The translations under genes were made by a program, and so were the position numbers. 64,000 bases of DNA, taken from NCBI GenBank assembly GCA_964434475.1, contig CAYSVS010000002.1, forward strand, positions 7,604 through 71,603, in the 5' to 3' direction. Within the stretch, counting starts at the first letter, position 1; the number at the start of each line of letters is the position of its first letter. Shown here piece after piece: positions 27,858 through 37,834 of the stretch. Below the pieces are notes generated by a model, which did no database searches, had not been told where the DNA came from, and saw only the letters and a list, made by a program, of their open reading frames with translations. This DNA comes from an uncultured Methanosarcinales archaeon (GTDB lineage: Archaea; Nanobdellota; Nanobdellia; Woesearchaeales; CAYSVS01).

Positions 27858-29393
27858 CTACCTCAACCAATATTTTATCTCTCTTAGTTGTTTGATATCG
27901 TTCTTATATAAATCACGTATGTCCGTTATATTATAGTATTCTAAAATTATCCTGTCAAAACCTGGACCCCATGCGAGAATAGGAATGAATTTTCCGAATA
28001 AAGGCTCCACCATCTCAGGCCTAAATATGCCTGCTCCGCCAAGCTCTATCCATTTTTTACGTATAGGATGATATACGTCAATCTCAACACTTGGTTCTGT
28101 ATAAGGAAAATGGGCAGGCCTGAATCTGGCATCAGGAAAACCCATCTGTTTGAAAAATTGTTTCAAGTAACCTAAAAGATGACGAAAATTAGCGTCAGGA
28201 TCTATGACTATGCCTTCTGTCTGATTGAACTCAAATAGATGACTCCAATCCATGGTCTCGTTCCTAAAGCATCTTCCAAGAGCAAAATATTTTTTAGGAA
28301 CATCGCTTTCCTTTAGTTCTGCTATGGTCTTTGCGCTTAATACAGTGGTATGTGTCCTTAATACGTTTTTCTTCGCATCTCCTTTCTGCCAATCATATCT
28401 CCAGCCTATGCTGCCGTTTGTACCTTTTTCATGGGCCTGCTTTACTTTATTAACTAATTTTTTATCTGGCAATCTGCCTTTTCCAGGAGTGCCAATATAG
28501 AAAGTATCCTGCAATTCTCTAACAGGATGATCCTGCGCAGTATATAATGCGTCAAAATTCCAAAAACTTGTGTTGACCATAGTGCCAGTCATCTCTTTGA
28601 AACCCATATTAAGCCATATCTTCTTTGCATAGTCTGTTGCAATCTTCACAAAGTGTCTTTTTCCTGATTTTATCTTTGGAACATTTATCTTAACATCATA
28701 TCTTCTGAACTTTTTGGTCTTCCATTCATCTGACCTTATAATCTTAGGAGTCAGTTTTTCTATGTATTCGACATCAAGATTGTGGCTTAGTACTGCTTTT
28801 CCTAATTCAGTGATGTTTATAAATTTAGTTTTTCTTATGTTTTTTCGAATTATATCTTTTCTTTTTCTGAGACTGTCGAAAGCGAACTTCTCTTCAGGTT
28901 TAAGTTCATTTAGATTGACCGGATGCTGCTTAATCTTATCGAGGAATATCTGTTCCAGTCCAGGATTATCTTTAAATTTTTTTCCGTTTGAAGTTATCTT
29001 TATCTCAAGCTCGTCATTTTTCCTTATGTCTATCGCAGATTTCTTTTTTAAAGTGCCTATACATATATTGAGTTCATCTTTTTCAAGGCCTGCTTCTTTA
29101 AGTATTTTTGAAACAGGTTTGAAATCTTTTTCCAAAACATTAAGAAATTTTATCTCAGGTAAACCGTTTTCTGCATACTTTTTTCCATTTTCACCCAGTT
29201 CAACAATCTCATCCACATCTTCTTTTATAATCACAAGATTTTTGTTCTGAAGCCATTGCAATGCGCGCATAACCTCTATATCCTTTAAACCTGATTCAGA
29301 AACTAATGAAGAAAACTCTTTTGCTTCCCTTATCAAAGGCAGTACTTTTCTTTCAAGATTGTTCAATGTTGAAGATAACTCCTTAGCATCCAT
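27858..29393 (-). CDS. pheS: phenylalanine--tRNA ligase alpha subunit (archaeal type)
   Basis: An N-terminal winged-helix region precedes a class II aaRS catalytic core with motif 2/3-like blocks (FRPAHFPYTEPSVEIDVY, GFGPGFDRI). Confidence 0.88.
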   Translation of the reverse strand: MDAKELSSTLNNLERKVLPLIREAKEFSSLVSESGLKDIEVMRALQWLQNKNLVIIKEDVDEIVELGENGKKYAENGLPEIKFLNVLEKDFKPVSKILKEAGLEKDELNICIGTLKKKSAIDIRKNDELEIKITSNGKKFKDNPGLEQIFLDKIKQHPVNLNELKPEEKFAFDSLRKRKDIIRKNIRKTKFINITELGKAVLSHNLDVEYIEKLTPKIIRSDEWKTKKFRRYDVKINVPKIKSGKRHFVKIATDYAKKIWLNMGFKEMTGTMVNTSFWNFDALYTAQDHPVRELQDTFYIGTPGKGRLPDKKLVNKVKQAHEKGTNGSIGWRYDWQKGDAKKNVLRTHTTVLSAKTIAELKESDVPKKYFALGRCFRNETMDWSHLFEFNQTEGIVIDPDANFRHLLGYLKQFFKQMGFPDARFRPAHFPYTEPSVEIDVYHPIRKKWIELGGAGIFRPEMVEPLFGKFIPILAWGPGFDRIILEYYNITDIRDLYKNDIKQLREIKYWLR

Positions 29394-29575
29394 AAGATAA
29401 AAACAATAGAGAATTTATATTTAAAATCTTCGTTTTTAAAAGGTTAAGAAGTAAGATAAAAAAGATTATTGAAAAAAACAACAATCCAAACCAATAAAAA
29501 TTCCTAAAATATGACTAACTTACTGCAAAAAGCTACAAGGCATAAAACCCTGTTCGTAATTAAAAAAAAATAAAA

Positions 29576-30391
29576 TCATGTAAATTTGTTTGCAGGTTTC
29601 ATATCTTTCCACGCCATGTGGAACATACTATCTAAAGCGTTGGCAAAGAAAGGAGTTTTTATCCATATACCCACATCGTATGTAGGGTGCACTTTCTTAT
29701 CGTCTGCAACCATAAACACGACATCTTTACCGTCAACTACAGCGAATCTTGCATTAACCTTATCAGTGTGTTTAACTTCAGCAAACTTAGCAATCTCTTT
29801 AACAGCGTTCTTTGATTCTTTATTGATAGGTGCTGCAACTTTTATCTTTACTCCTTTTTTCTTAAGTTTCTCGAAAACTTGCTTAAAACCTTCAGATTTT
29901 CTTATAAGCCCTTGGGTTGTAGTCATTAAAATAACTGATTTTTGCGCATTCCTTAAAGTTAATTCTATATGGTTGTATAAATTATGCCTTCCTTTTATAC
30001 TGCCTGCAAGATCGCTAGGCTCTATCAACTCGATACCCTTATCATGAAGGTTATTTAATTCCACGATAAGATCTGTGGTTTTAAGGTTTTCAAGTCTTTC
30101 TATCCTTTCATCAGCATCAAATTTCATGTTTTTCTTTACTCTCTCTACAACCTCGGATGGAGGAACAGCAAGATAGTTGATAGGTTTTCCTAATTTCATT
30201 ACAACAAATCCTTTTTTCTCTAAACTTTCAAGAACATCATAACTTCTGCTTCTCGGAACATTTGCAATGTCACTCAGTTCACCCGCAGTACTTACGCCTC
30301 TGGAAAGTAATGCGGTCCATATCTTAACCTCATAAAGATTTAAACCAAAATATCTTCTTAGTTTACTCAAAAACTCATCTTTCACTATCAT
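29576..30391 (-). CDS. TrmB-family transcriptional regulator
   Basis: The N-terminal winged HTH (LYEVKIWTALLSRGVSTAGELSDIANVPRSRSYDVLESLEKKGFV) is typical of TrmB, and a C-terminal TrmB-like domain follows. The start was set at the ATG at 30391, which is preceded by a GAGGGGTG Shine-Dalgarno sequence. Confidence 0.75.
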   Translation of the reverse strand: MIVKDEFLSKLRRYFGLNLYEVKIWTALLSRGVSTAGELSDIANVPRSRSYDVLESLEKKGFVVMKLGKPINYLAVPPSEVVERVKKNMKFDADERIERLENLKTTDLIVELNNLHDKGIELIEPSDLAGSIKGRHNLYNHIELTLRNAQKSVILMTTTQGLIRKSEGFKQVFEKLKKKGVKIKVAAPINKESKNAVKEIAKFAEVKHTDKVNARFAVVDGKDVVFMVADDKKVHPTYDVGIWIKTPFFANALDSMFHMAWKDMKPANKFT

Positions 30392-30590
30392 TTTCCAATA
30401 GCACCCCTCGTTTTTTAATGTGGTCAAGAACTACCTCTCTTATGATTTTGTTGCTTTTGTTATTGAGCAATAGTTGAAACCACACATCAATGACTAATCA
30501 AAAAACAAACTAATATTTAAACTTTGTGATATTAAAAAAACAAAACCTATTAAAATAGAGAAACATTTAGTTATTAATTGATTAAAGAAA

Positions 30591-31571
30591 ATGGTTATTG
30601 AAAAAATAATAGAAAAAAGCAAATCCTTGAACAAAAAGATAGTTTTGCCTGAATCAACCGAACCAAGGATCCTTAAGGCTGCAGATATTGCGACCAGAAA
30701 AAAGATAGCTAAAATAGTGTTGATAGGAAGCGAAAAGGAAATTAAAAAAGCAGCAGATAAGCACAACATAAAATTGAAAGGCATGGAGATAATAGATAAC
30801 GAAAAATATGAAAAAAACGAAGAACTTGCAGAGAGTCTTTATGAAACAAGAAAACACAAAGGCATGACCATGTCTAAAGCTAAGAAACTTCTAAAAAATA
30901 AAATATATTTTGCGACCATGCTTGTCAAAAACAATATTGTTGATGGATCATTAAGTGGAGCAGTGCATCCAACTGCTGATACGATAAGACCTGCATTCCA
31001 GATAATAGGGACAAAAGAAGATGTAAATGTGGCGTCTGGCGTTTTTCTTATGATAACTAAAGAAAAAGGCAAAGAAAAGATTTTTCTTTTCGGAGATAGT
31101 GCTGTTAATCCTAACCCTAGCAGCAGCCAATTGGCAGAAATAGCCATTTGTTCAGCTAAAACATATCAAAAATTAATAGGTAGAAAACCTAGAGTCGCTA
31201 TGCTTTCTTTCTCAACACATGGAAGTGCAAAACACGATATGGTGGATAAAGTAAAGAAAGCTACAGATATTGTTAAGAAAAAAAATACTGAACTCATCAT
31301 AGACGGAGATGTACAAGTTGATGCTGCTATAGTTCCAGAGGCTGCTAGGATAAAATGTCCCAAATCAAGATTGAAAGGAAAAGCAAATGTATTGATATTT
31401 CCTGACCTTAATGCAGGTAACATAGGGTATAAAATAGTAGAAAGATTAGCACATGCAAAAGCAGTAGGCCCTATACTTCAGGGTTTGAAGATGCCTGTAA
31501 ATGATCTTAGCAGAGGATGCAATGTTAAAGACATAGTCAATATGATAGCGATTACAAGCGTTATGGAATAG
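30591..31571 (+). CDS. pta: phosphate acetyltransferase (short-form Pta, PTA_PTB domain)
   Basis: Conserved Pta blocks are present (SGAVHPTADTIRPAFQIIGT, SDSAVNPNPS, FPDLNAGNIGYKIVERL). Confidence 0.85.
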   Translation: MVIEKIIEKSKSLNKKIVLPESTEPRILKAADIATRKKIAKIVLIGSEKEIKKAADKHNIKLKGMEIIDNEKYEKNEELAESLYETRKHKGMTMSKAKKLLKNKIYFATMLVKNNIVDGSLSGAVHPTADTIRPAFQIIGTKEDVNVASGVFLMITKEKGKEKIFLFGDSAVNPNPSSSQLAEIAICSAKTYQKLIGRKPRVAMLSFSTHGSAKHDMVDKVKKATDIVKKKNTELIIDGDVQVDAAIVPEAARIKCPKSRLKGKANVLIFPDLNAGNIGYKIVERLAHAKAVGPILQGLKMPVNDLSRGCNVKDIVNMIAITSVME

Positions 31572-32660
31572 GTGATAATAGTGCATGTTTTAGTGCTTAA
31601 TGTTGGAAGTTCGTCGGTAAAATATTCAGTCTATAAAGACAAGACACCATTGTTCGGAAAAAATTTTGAAAACATAAACAGTGTCGAAGATAGAGATGAA
31701 GTGATCAAAACAATTTTCAATACTCTGGAAGACAAAAACATAAAGATAGATGCTATAGGCAACAGGGTTGTTCACGGAAAGAATTTTACAGAAAGCTGCC
31801 AGTTGAACAAGGACAAGATAGAGATACTTGATAATTGCAAGGATCTTGCTCCACTTCATAATATTCCAGAACTCCAAGCAATAATGCTTTGCAAAAAGTA
31901 TTTTAAAGGGGTTAAGCAATATGGTGTTTTTGATACCTCTTTCTACACAAGGATGCCAGAATATGCAAAGATGTACGGAATTCCATATAAATATTATGAA
32001 AAAGGAATAAAAAGATATGGTTTTCACGGCACAAGCCACAGGTTTGTAAGCAGAAAACTGAAAGGAAAAATTATAACATGCCACCTGGGCAATGGAGCAA
32101 GCATAACTGCCATAAAAGATAAAAAAGCCATAGATACGACAATGGGGTTCACACCATTGGAAGGATTGATAATGGGAACAAGATGCGGAAATATAGATGC
32201 ATCTGTAATAAAATATATCTCAGAAAAATACAACATGAGCTTAGAAAATATATTTGATATGCTCAACAAGAAATCAGGACTTTTGGGTATTAGTGGAATA
32301 AGCAATGATATGAGAAAACTGCTTAAAAGCAAATCAAGAAGAGGCAAATTGGCGACAGAAGTTTTCTGCTATAATGCAAAGAAATACATAGGATCTTATG
32401 CAGCTGTATTGAACGGAGTAGATACCCTAGTTTTCACTGCAGGCATTGGAGAAGGCTCATGGAAGATACGAGAAAAGATATGCAAAAATATGGATTATCT
32501 AGGGATAAAGCTCGATAAAGAAAAAAACAAGAATAATGAAGCCATTATTTCAGGTGATGACAGCAAAGTAAGGGTGATGGTAATCCCTACAGATGAAGAA
32601 CTTATGATCGTCGAGGATGTTCTGAAGCTGCATAAAAGTAAGAAAACACTAAAAATATGA
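31572..32660 (+). CDS. ackA: acetate kinase
   Basis: A GTG start immediately follows the pta stop. The N-terminus LVLNVGSSSVKYSVY is the acetate-kinase phosphate-1 motif. GFHGTSH and later blocks (TCHLGNGASITAI, GTRCGNIDA) match AckA. Confidence 0.85.
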   Translation: MIIVHVLVLNVGSSSVKYSVYKDKTPLFGKNFENINSVEDRDEVIKTIFNTLEDKNIKIDAIGNRVVHGKNFTESCQLNKDKIEILDNCKDLAPLHNIPELQAIMLCKKYFKGVKQYGVFDTSFYTRMPEYAKMYGIPYKYYEKGIKRYGFHGTSHRFVSRKLKGKIITCHLGNGASITAIKDKKAIDTTMGFTPLEGLIMGTRCGNIDASVIKYISEKYNMSLENIFDMLNKKSGLLGISGISNDMRKLLKSKSRRGKLATEVFCYNAKKYIGSYAAVLNGVDTLVFTAGIGEGSWKIREKICKNMDYLGIKLDKEKNKNNEAIISGDDSKVRVMVIPTDEELMIVEDVLKLHKSKKTLKI

Positions 32661-32663
32661 TAG

Positions 32664-33722
32664 CTACTTTATCTTAAACCTCAATATACCTGCTATGCCG
32701 CCTAATCCATCAAGGATCTTTCCACCTTCGTGATTTGAACCTATAAGATGGACTTCACCTTTTGAACTATCTGCAAGTTTCATAGCTTTCTCTAACTTGC
32801 CATAGGTGTTGTTTAACCTTGCTTCTTTTATCTTGTTGTCGCTTACAAGCAGGATAGAAACAGCTCCAAGTTCTGCTGCATTCAAAGTTTCTTTAATACC
32901 GTAGACAGCAAGCCCGTCTTTTGATATCTCTTGCATGAGTTTTTCTACAAAAATTGTCTCTTTAGTAACCATATCCTGTTTAAGTACATTGCTCACTTCA
33001 GGACGTTTCATAACCTCATTTATTGCATTGGAAGTAACACTTGAACAGGTCGCAAAAGTTATTTTTTTCTTTAACACAGAATCTTTCATAGATTTTAAAA
33101 AATCTTCTTTAAAGAAAGCAGGACTTGCTGTAATTATGTGATCTGGCTTGTATCTCTCGACATAGTCCAAAAGCATCTTTTCCAGCTCAGAATAAAAAGA
33201 TCCCTTTACATTCACATTCTCATCCTTCTTTGCCACATTTCCGGAAATCTCTGCAAGAACCCTATAATTGTCACGCTCTGAAACAGCGAATATCGCATTT
33301 TCTCTATCTAGAACCAAAATAAGTATCTTTGTCTTAATTGCATGAATAGCCTCTTTTAGTTTATTCTTCTGATAAGTCAGCCAATTATTTTTTTTTAAAG
33401 TAAAAGGATATTTAGAAGGTTCAAGATTAAAAGTATGATAAGATCCAAGAGGTACATCATCAGGGCCTTGAGCAACTTTTCCACTTACCCTAATACAAGA
33501 CTCTGTCAATTCTATTTTTTCAACATTTATCTCAATAAACACAAGTTTTCTTGTCACTTTTCCTGACCTGTCGCCTTCATTACCTAATTTTATCTTCCTT
33601 TCAGTCTTACCACTAACAAAATCCCCTTGTTCGATTATCTGGCTCAAATACCATAAATCATCAAGAGAGTCTATCTTAAGTTTCACTATCCCTTTCTTGA
33701 AATCGCTGAATGTTTTTTTCAT
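32664..33722 (-). CDS. pelA: Pelota / Dom34 (aRF1-like ribosome rescue factor)
   Basis: A 352-aa three-domain protein with a Pelota-like N-terminal Sm-fold region, central domain and C-terminal eRF1 domain 3-like region (HLIGSNHEGGKILDGLGGIAGILRF). Confidence 0.8.
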   Translation of the reverse strand: MKKTFSDFKKGIVKLKIDSLDDLWYLSQIIEQGDFVSGKTERKIKLGNEGDRSGKVTRKLVFIEINVEKIELTESCIRVSGKVAQGPDDVPLGSYHTFNLEPSKYPFTLKKNNWLTYQKNKLKEAIHAIKTKILILVLDRENAIFAVSERDNYRVLAEISGNVAKKDENVNVKGSFYSELEKMLLDYVERYKPDHIITASPAFFKEDFLKSMKDSVLKKKITFATCSSVTSNAINEVMKRPEVSNVLKQDMVTKETIFVEKLMQEISKDGLAVYGIKETLNAAELGAVSILLVSDNKIKEARLNNTYGKLEKAMKLADSSKGEVHLIGSNHEGGKILDGLGGIAGILRFKIK

Positions 33723-33836
33723 ATTATCAAAATTCCCTTAATTTATTTTTTTGATAAAACCCATACAAAATAGAAATATATTTATATATAAAGGTATTTA
33801 TTTTTAAGTAATAAAGTATATATTAAAAAAGGTGAT

Positions 33837-35039
33837 ATGATGTATAAAAAAAAGAGAGCTCAGGAAACAGGCAGTGGAGCCGCTATCTTGGTTATAATAA
33901 TTACTATTTCAATAATATTATACATAATGTTCATTCCTCCTTCTGAAAGACAAAAATTGCTTGATGATGTAGAAACAACAAAAAACGGGAAAATAATAAA
34001 CGGCGATTATGAAGTTACAACACTGCTTTCGGAAAAGCCAGGAAAATTAACATACTTGAAAGAAAAAGAGATAGAGCATAATATTCCTTCGTTCAACATA
34101 TACACAAAAACAGAAGGGATAGTGCTGAAAGAAAAAAATACATTATACATTGAAAGAGAATTGTTCAATGAAGAAAAAGCCAACCTGAGTTTTGTTATAA
34201 AGGACATAGAAAACGCGAACAATCTTTTATTGAGTTTTCAGTCTGCAAAAAATTCAGGTTTCCTTGTCATAAAACTTAACGGAATAGAAATATTCAACAA
34301 AGAGATTACAGAAAACATAGTGAATCCTATAAAGATACCCAAAGAACACATCGAAAACGAGAACGTGCTTGAGTTCAGCACATCATCTATAGGAATAGCT
34401 TTCTGGTCAAAACACGAATATCTACTCGAAAATATAAAAATTACAGGAGATATAACAGATGTTAGCGCAAGAACAGCAAAAACCAATTTCATAGTTGATG
34501 AATTTGAAAAAGACAACCTTAAAAAGGTAAAATTAAGATATTACCCTGACTGTACTCCTACTGAAGTAGGCACATTAAGGATTAGACTTAATGACTGCAA
34601 GGTTTTTACAGGAGTTCCTGACTGCAATCAAGCAAGCATACATGAGATGCTTCCTTATTGTATGAGTGAAGGAGAGAATGTGTTGGAATTTGAAACAGAA
34701 AAAGGCCATTATCTTATTGATGGAATAAGAGTAAGAAGTGAGCTTAAAGAAGCAAGGGATTTCATATATGACTTTCACCTGAATTCATCCACCTATGAGG
34801 ATATAAAAACAGAAGAGTCTTATGTGAATTTAACTATGAAGTTCGCTGATCCTAACATAGAGAAAGAAGCAAGCATAATAATCAACGGACATGAAACAGT
34901 GCTTGATACTGACAAACTGGAGTTTGGAAGAAACATTAGATTATTCATCAATAAAGGCACAAACATAATCAAGATACTTCCAAAAGAGGATTTTTATGTT
35001 TCAGAACTAAACGTTGAACTATTTGAAAAAGAGGATTAA
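33837..35039 (+). CDS. hypothetical N-terminally anchored extracellular protein
   Basis: An N-terminal TM or signal anchor (AAILVIIITISIILYIMFIPP) precedes a roughly 360-aa hydrophilic domain. No known motif. It is the first gene of a five-gene surface-protein cluster. Confidence 0.45.
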   Translation: MMYKKKRAQETGSGAAILVIIITISIILYIMFIPPSERQKLLDDVETTKNGKIINGDYEVTTLLSEKPGKLTYLKEKEIEHNIPSFNIYTKTEGIVLKEKNTLYIERELFNEEKANLSFVIKDIENANNLLLSFQSAKNSGFLVIKLNGIEIFNKEITENIVNPIKIPKEHIENENVLEFSTSSIGIAFWSKHEYLLENIKITGDITDVSARTAKTNFIVDEFEKDNLKKVKLRYYPDCTPTEVGTLRIRLNDCKVFTGVPDCNQASIHEMLPYCMSEGENVLEFETEKGHYLIDGIRVRSELKEARDFIYDFHLNSSTYEDIKTEESYVNLTMKFADPNIEKEASIIINGHETVLDTDKLEFGRNIRLFINKGTNIIKILPKEDFYVSELNVELFEKED

Positions 35040-35061
35040 TTTTTTTCTTTTAAAACCAAAA

Positions 35062-36813
35062 ATGGCGCTTACACCTGAACAACAAGCAAGAAAAAAAGAG
35101 CTGCTCAGAAGAAAAGAAGAAAGAGAATCAGCAAAACCTTTGTCAACACTGGTAAAAGCTGAAAAAAAACAAGCGCAAGAAAGAATGGCTGCAGAAAAAA
35201 AAGAGACAGAAGAAAGTTTGGCAGGAAATAAAATAGAAACTGCTGCAAAAATAGGTTTAGGCGGTTTAGCAGGCAGAGCAGTCGGAAAGACCATTAGTAA
35301 AATAATGCCTAAAACAAAAGAGAAGACAGAAGAAGAGATAAACAAAGAATCAGAAAAACTCAAAAAAATAGTTTACTGCGGATGGTTCATCTATGCTATA
35401 CCTTTGATAGTAAATGCCATAGGTTTTGAACTTAACAGATCTTTATTGTTTTTTCTTAATCTAGGTTTGATCATGTATGCGCTGATACCTTTGAATGTAT
35501 ATGCGTTTGTTGCAGGAGTTTTAAGCTTTTGGCATACTGAAATATTTGCAGCTTTTGGATTAGCTACCAACAGGTTCTTGCTGCCTATATACTGGCCTTG
35601 GTGGGTGTTGTTTGCATTGTTCTATAAATGGAAGCAAGAGCAGACTAAACTGGTTGCATTATCAAGATTAGCTTTAGTTTATTTCATCGTTTTCGGACTT
35701 GTAATGATGGGTTTGACACAGACCATAGCACAAGTAGGACAAACAGAAGAAGTTGAAGAGATCAAACAAGAACAACAAGAAAGCGCATGGGAAGAATTCG
35801 CAAGGATTGCTAAGTGTACAATAAATCCAGGAGAAGAAGGATATGAATCATGTATGAATCCTCAAGAAGAAAGAGAAGAAGAACAGTTCAAAGGCGCTAC
35901 ATCTAAAAAAATAAACCAGAACAAGATAGAAATAAAAGCACCTAAACAATTGACGCAATTCGGACAGATAGAACTGAAAGATGCCGCAGGCAAAGTGCAG
36001 GCGAGTATGGAATATGAAGTAAATGAAAACATCAATGCAGGATTAAGCTGTTATTTTGAAAGAAAAGGAGAGCCAAGAATAAAGGGCATAATAGATAAGA
36101 CAGAGATAATTCTATTTAAAGATGAAGATAAAGCGACACTATTCTGTCAGCCTTCTAAACCTCTGGAAAACAAAGTATACAATGTACATTTTGTGGTAAA
36201 TGTTGATGATATGACTACAGAATCCATACTAAGAAGAATATTTATAGGGAGCATGACAGACAATAAAATAAAACAGGAACTGATAGATAGGTATATACTC
36301 AACACTTATCCTGATGCTGAAAAAGCAGGATCTTATGTAAGTGTAGCTCCTGAAAATGATTTCGTTGTACCGAGCATACTAATGGGAAATACAGACATAG
36401 AAAGCGGAACAATAAGCAACAGAAAACAGAAAAATGGCATGATTGAAATGGATTCTACATATGTCGTAGTTAACAATATAGATGGAAAAATAACAAAGAT
36501 AAAAGAGATAGAGATGACTTTGGCAGAAGGAATAAAGCCTGTTGAAGGAGAATGCACTAAATTCAGATATGACGAAGAAAGCAACAAGCTTTATCTTAAG
36601 GAAGAGAATATTGCAGGTGATTTTTCAGGCGTAGGAAAGAATGACATTGCCTTGTTCACAACATGTAAATTATATATCGATGAAACAGAAGGACAATACC
36701 TCATAGAACCAGAAGGCGATTATGAAGTTAAAGATTTCTTAGGAAGAGTAAGATATTCTTATAAGTATGACGAGACATTCAAAATAAAAGTCAATGTTCC
36801 GGTGGTATCATGA
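35062..36813 (+). CDS. hypothetical polytopic membrane protein with large C-terminal extracytoplasmic domain
   Basis: The start was set at the ATG at 35062 (MALTPEQQ) because the track ORF overlaps the upstream gene. A K/E-rich N-terminus is followed by about 4 TM helices (aa ~115-230) and a roughly 370-aa C-terminal domain. Confidence 0.45.
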   Translation: MALTPEQQARKKELLRRKEERESAKPLSTLVKAEKKQAQERMAAEKKETEESLAGNKIETAAKIGLGGLAGRAVGKTISKIMPKTKEKTEEEINKESEKLKKIVYCGWFIYAIPLIVNAIGFELNRSLLFFLNLGLIMYALIPLNVYAFVAGVLSFWHTEIFAAFGLATNRFLLPIYWPWWVLFALFYKWKQEQTKLVALSRLALVYFIVFGLVMMGLTQTIAQVGQTEEVEEIKQEQQESAWEEFARIAKCTINPGEEGYESCMNPQEEREEEQFKGATSKKINQNKIEIKAPKQLTQFGQIELKDAAGKVQASMEYEVNENINAGLSCYFERKGEPRIKGIIDKTEIILFKDEDKATLFCQPSKPLENKVYNVHFVVNVDDMTTESILRRIFIGSMTDNKIKQELIDRYILNTYPDAEKAGSYVSVAPENDFVVPSILMGNTDIESGTISNRKQKNGMIEMDSTYVVVNNIDGKITKIKEIEMTLAEGIKPVEGECTKFRYDEESNKLYLKEENIAGDFSGVGKNDIALFTTCKLYIDETEGQYLIEPEGDYEVKDFLGRVRYSYKYDETFKIKVNVPVVS

Positions 36814-37688
36814 AAAAAACAAGGATTATTCTTGCATTGGCACTTATAACTATTCTGGTTACAGGATGTGATATGTTAGTCAAAAAAAACCCTACAAAAG
36901 ACATATCCTCTCCCATAGATTATAATAAAGGAACAAAAGCTTTGGAAGTTGAAATATTAGAAAATATGCCGCCTGAAGAAATATATGAATACGAAGATTT
37001 TACCATAGGAGTGGCTATCAGAAATACAGGAAGATATGATGTAGAAGAAGCAGAAATATCCTTGGCAGGATTAGTAGATATGTATTTTGATGTTGAAAAG
37101 GAAGATTATAAAGAAAAGATAAACCTGAAAGGAAGAAGCCAAGATAATCCAGAAGGAGAGCTTAAATTCATCCAAATAAACGCGAAAAATAAAGGAATAC
37201 CTTTAGGTATGGAAGAATATGATGCATCTTTCGATATAGGCTTGTTCTACAGCTACGAAACAATAGCTAGCGCAGAAGTTTGCGTAAATCCTAATGCTTT
37301 GAAAAACATAAAATTAAGTGAAGATCTATGCGAAATGAAAGATGTAAGGTTAAGCAGCCAGGGAGCGCCAATAGCAGTAAAGAAGGTAGAACAATATATA
37401 AGTTCAGTAGGAAGTAAACTGAGAGCTAATTATGAAATATACCTAGATAATGTAGGAGATGGCAAGCTAACTTTTGATAAGATAAAGCTTGAAGAAGCCA
37501 TGCTGTCAACAAATGAACTTACATGCAAAAATTATATTATAGAAGATTTTAACGAACAAAAGGAACCAAAATTCGTATGCTATAGAGACATATCAAATGA
37601 AGAAGGAACAGATAGTACAATACTTAGCGTAAAATTATCTTATGACTATAAGACAGTACATCAAGGAGAGATAACTATAAAAAAATAG
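36810..37688 (+). CDS. predicted secreted lipoprotein-like protein, paralog 1 of 3
   Basis: It has a signal peptide with a lipobox-like Cys (ILVTGCDM). Motifs shared with the two following genes are ENMPPEE, YSYETIASAEVCVNP and QGAPIAVKKV. Confidence 0.55.
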   Translation: MKKTRIILALALITILVTGCDMLVKKNPTKDISSPIDYNKGTKALEVEILENMPPEEIYEYEDFTIGVAIRNTGRYDVEEAEISLAGLVDMYFDVEKEDYKEKINLKGRSQDNPEGELKFIQINAKNKGIPLGMEEYDASFDIGLFYSYETIASAEVCVNPNALKNIKLSEDLCEMKDVRLSSQGAPIAVKKVEQYISSVGSKLRANYEIYLDNVGDGKLTFDKIKLEEAMLSTNELTCKNYIIEDFNEQKEPKFVCYRDISNEEGTDSTILSVKLSYDYKTVHQGEITIKK

Positions 37689-37834
37689 CAGAGAAATAAT
37701 AATATTAATATGCTTAAAAAATAAAAAATCCCAACGCAGCAAAATCAAGTTTTTTACCGAAAAGCTTATATATTGTATAAAATGAATAATTAAGTGACAA
37801 TAATTATAATTGATTATAAAAAGAGAGCGTTAAG

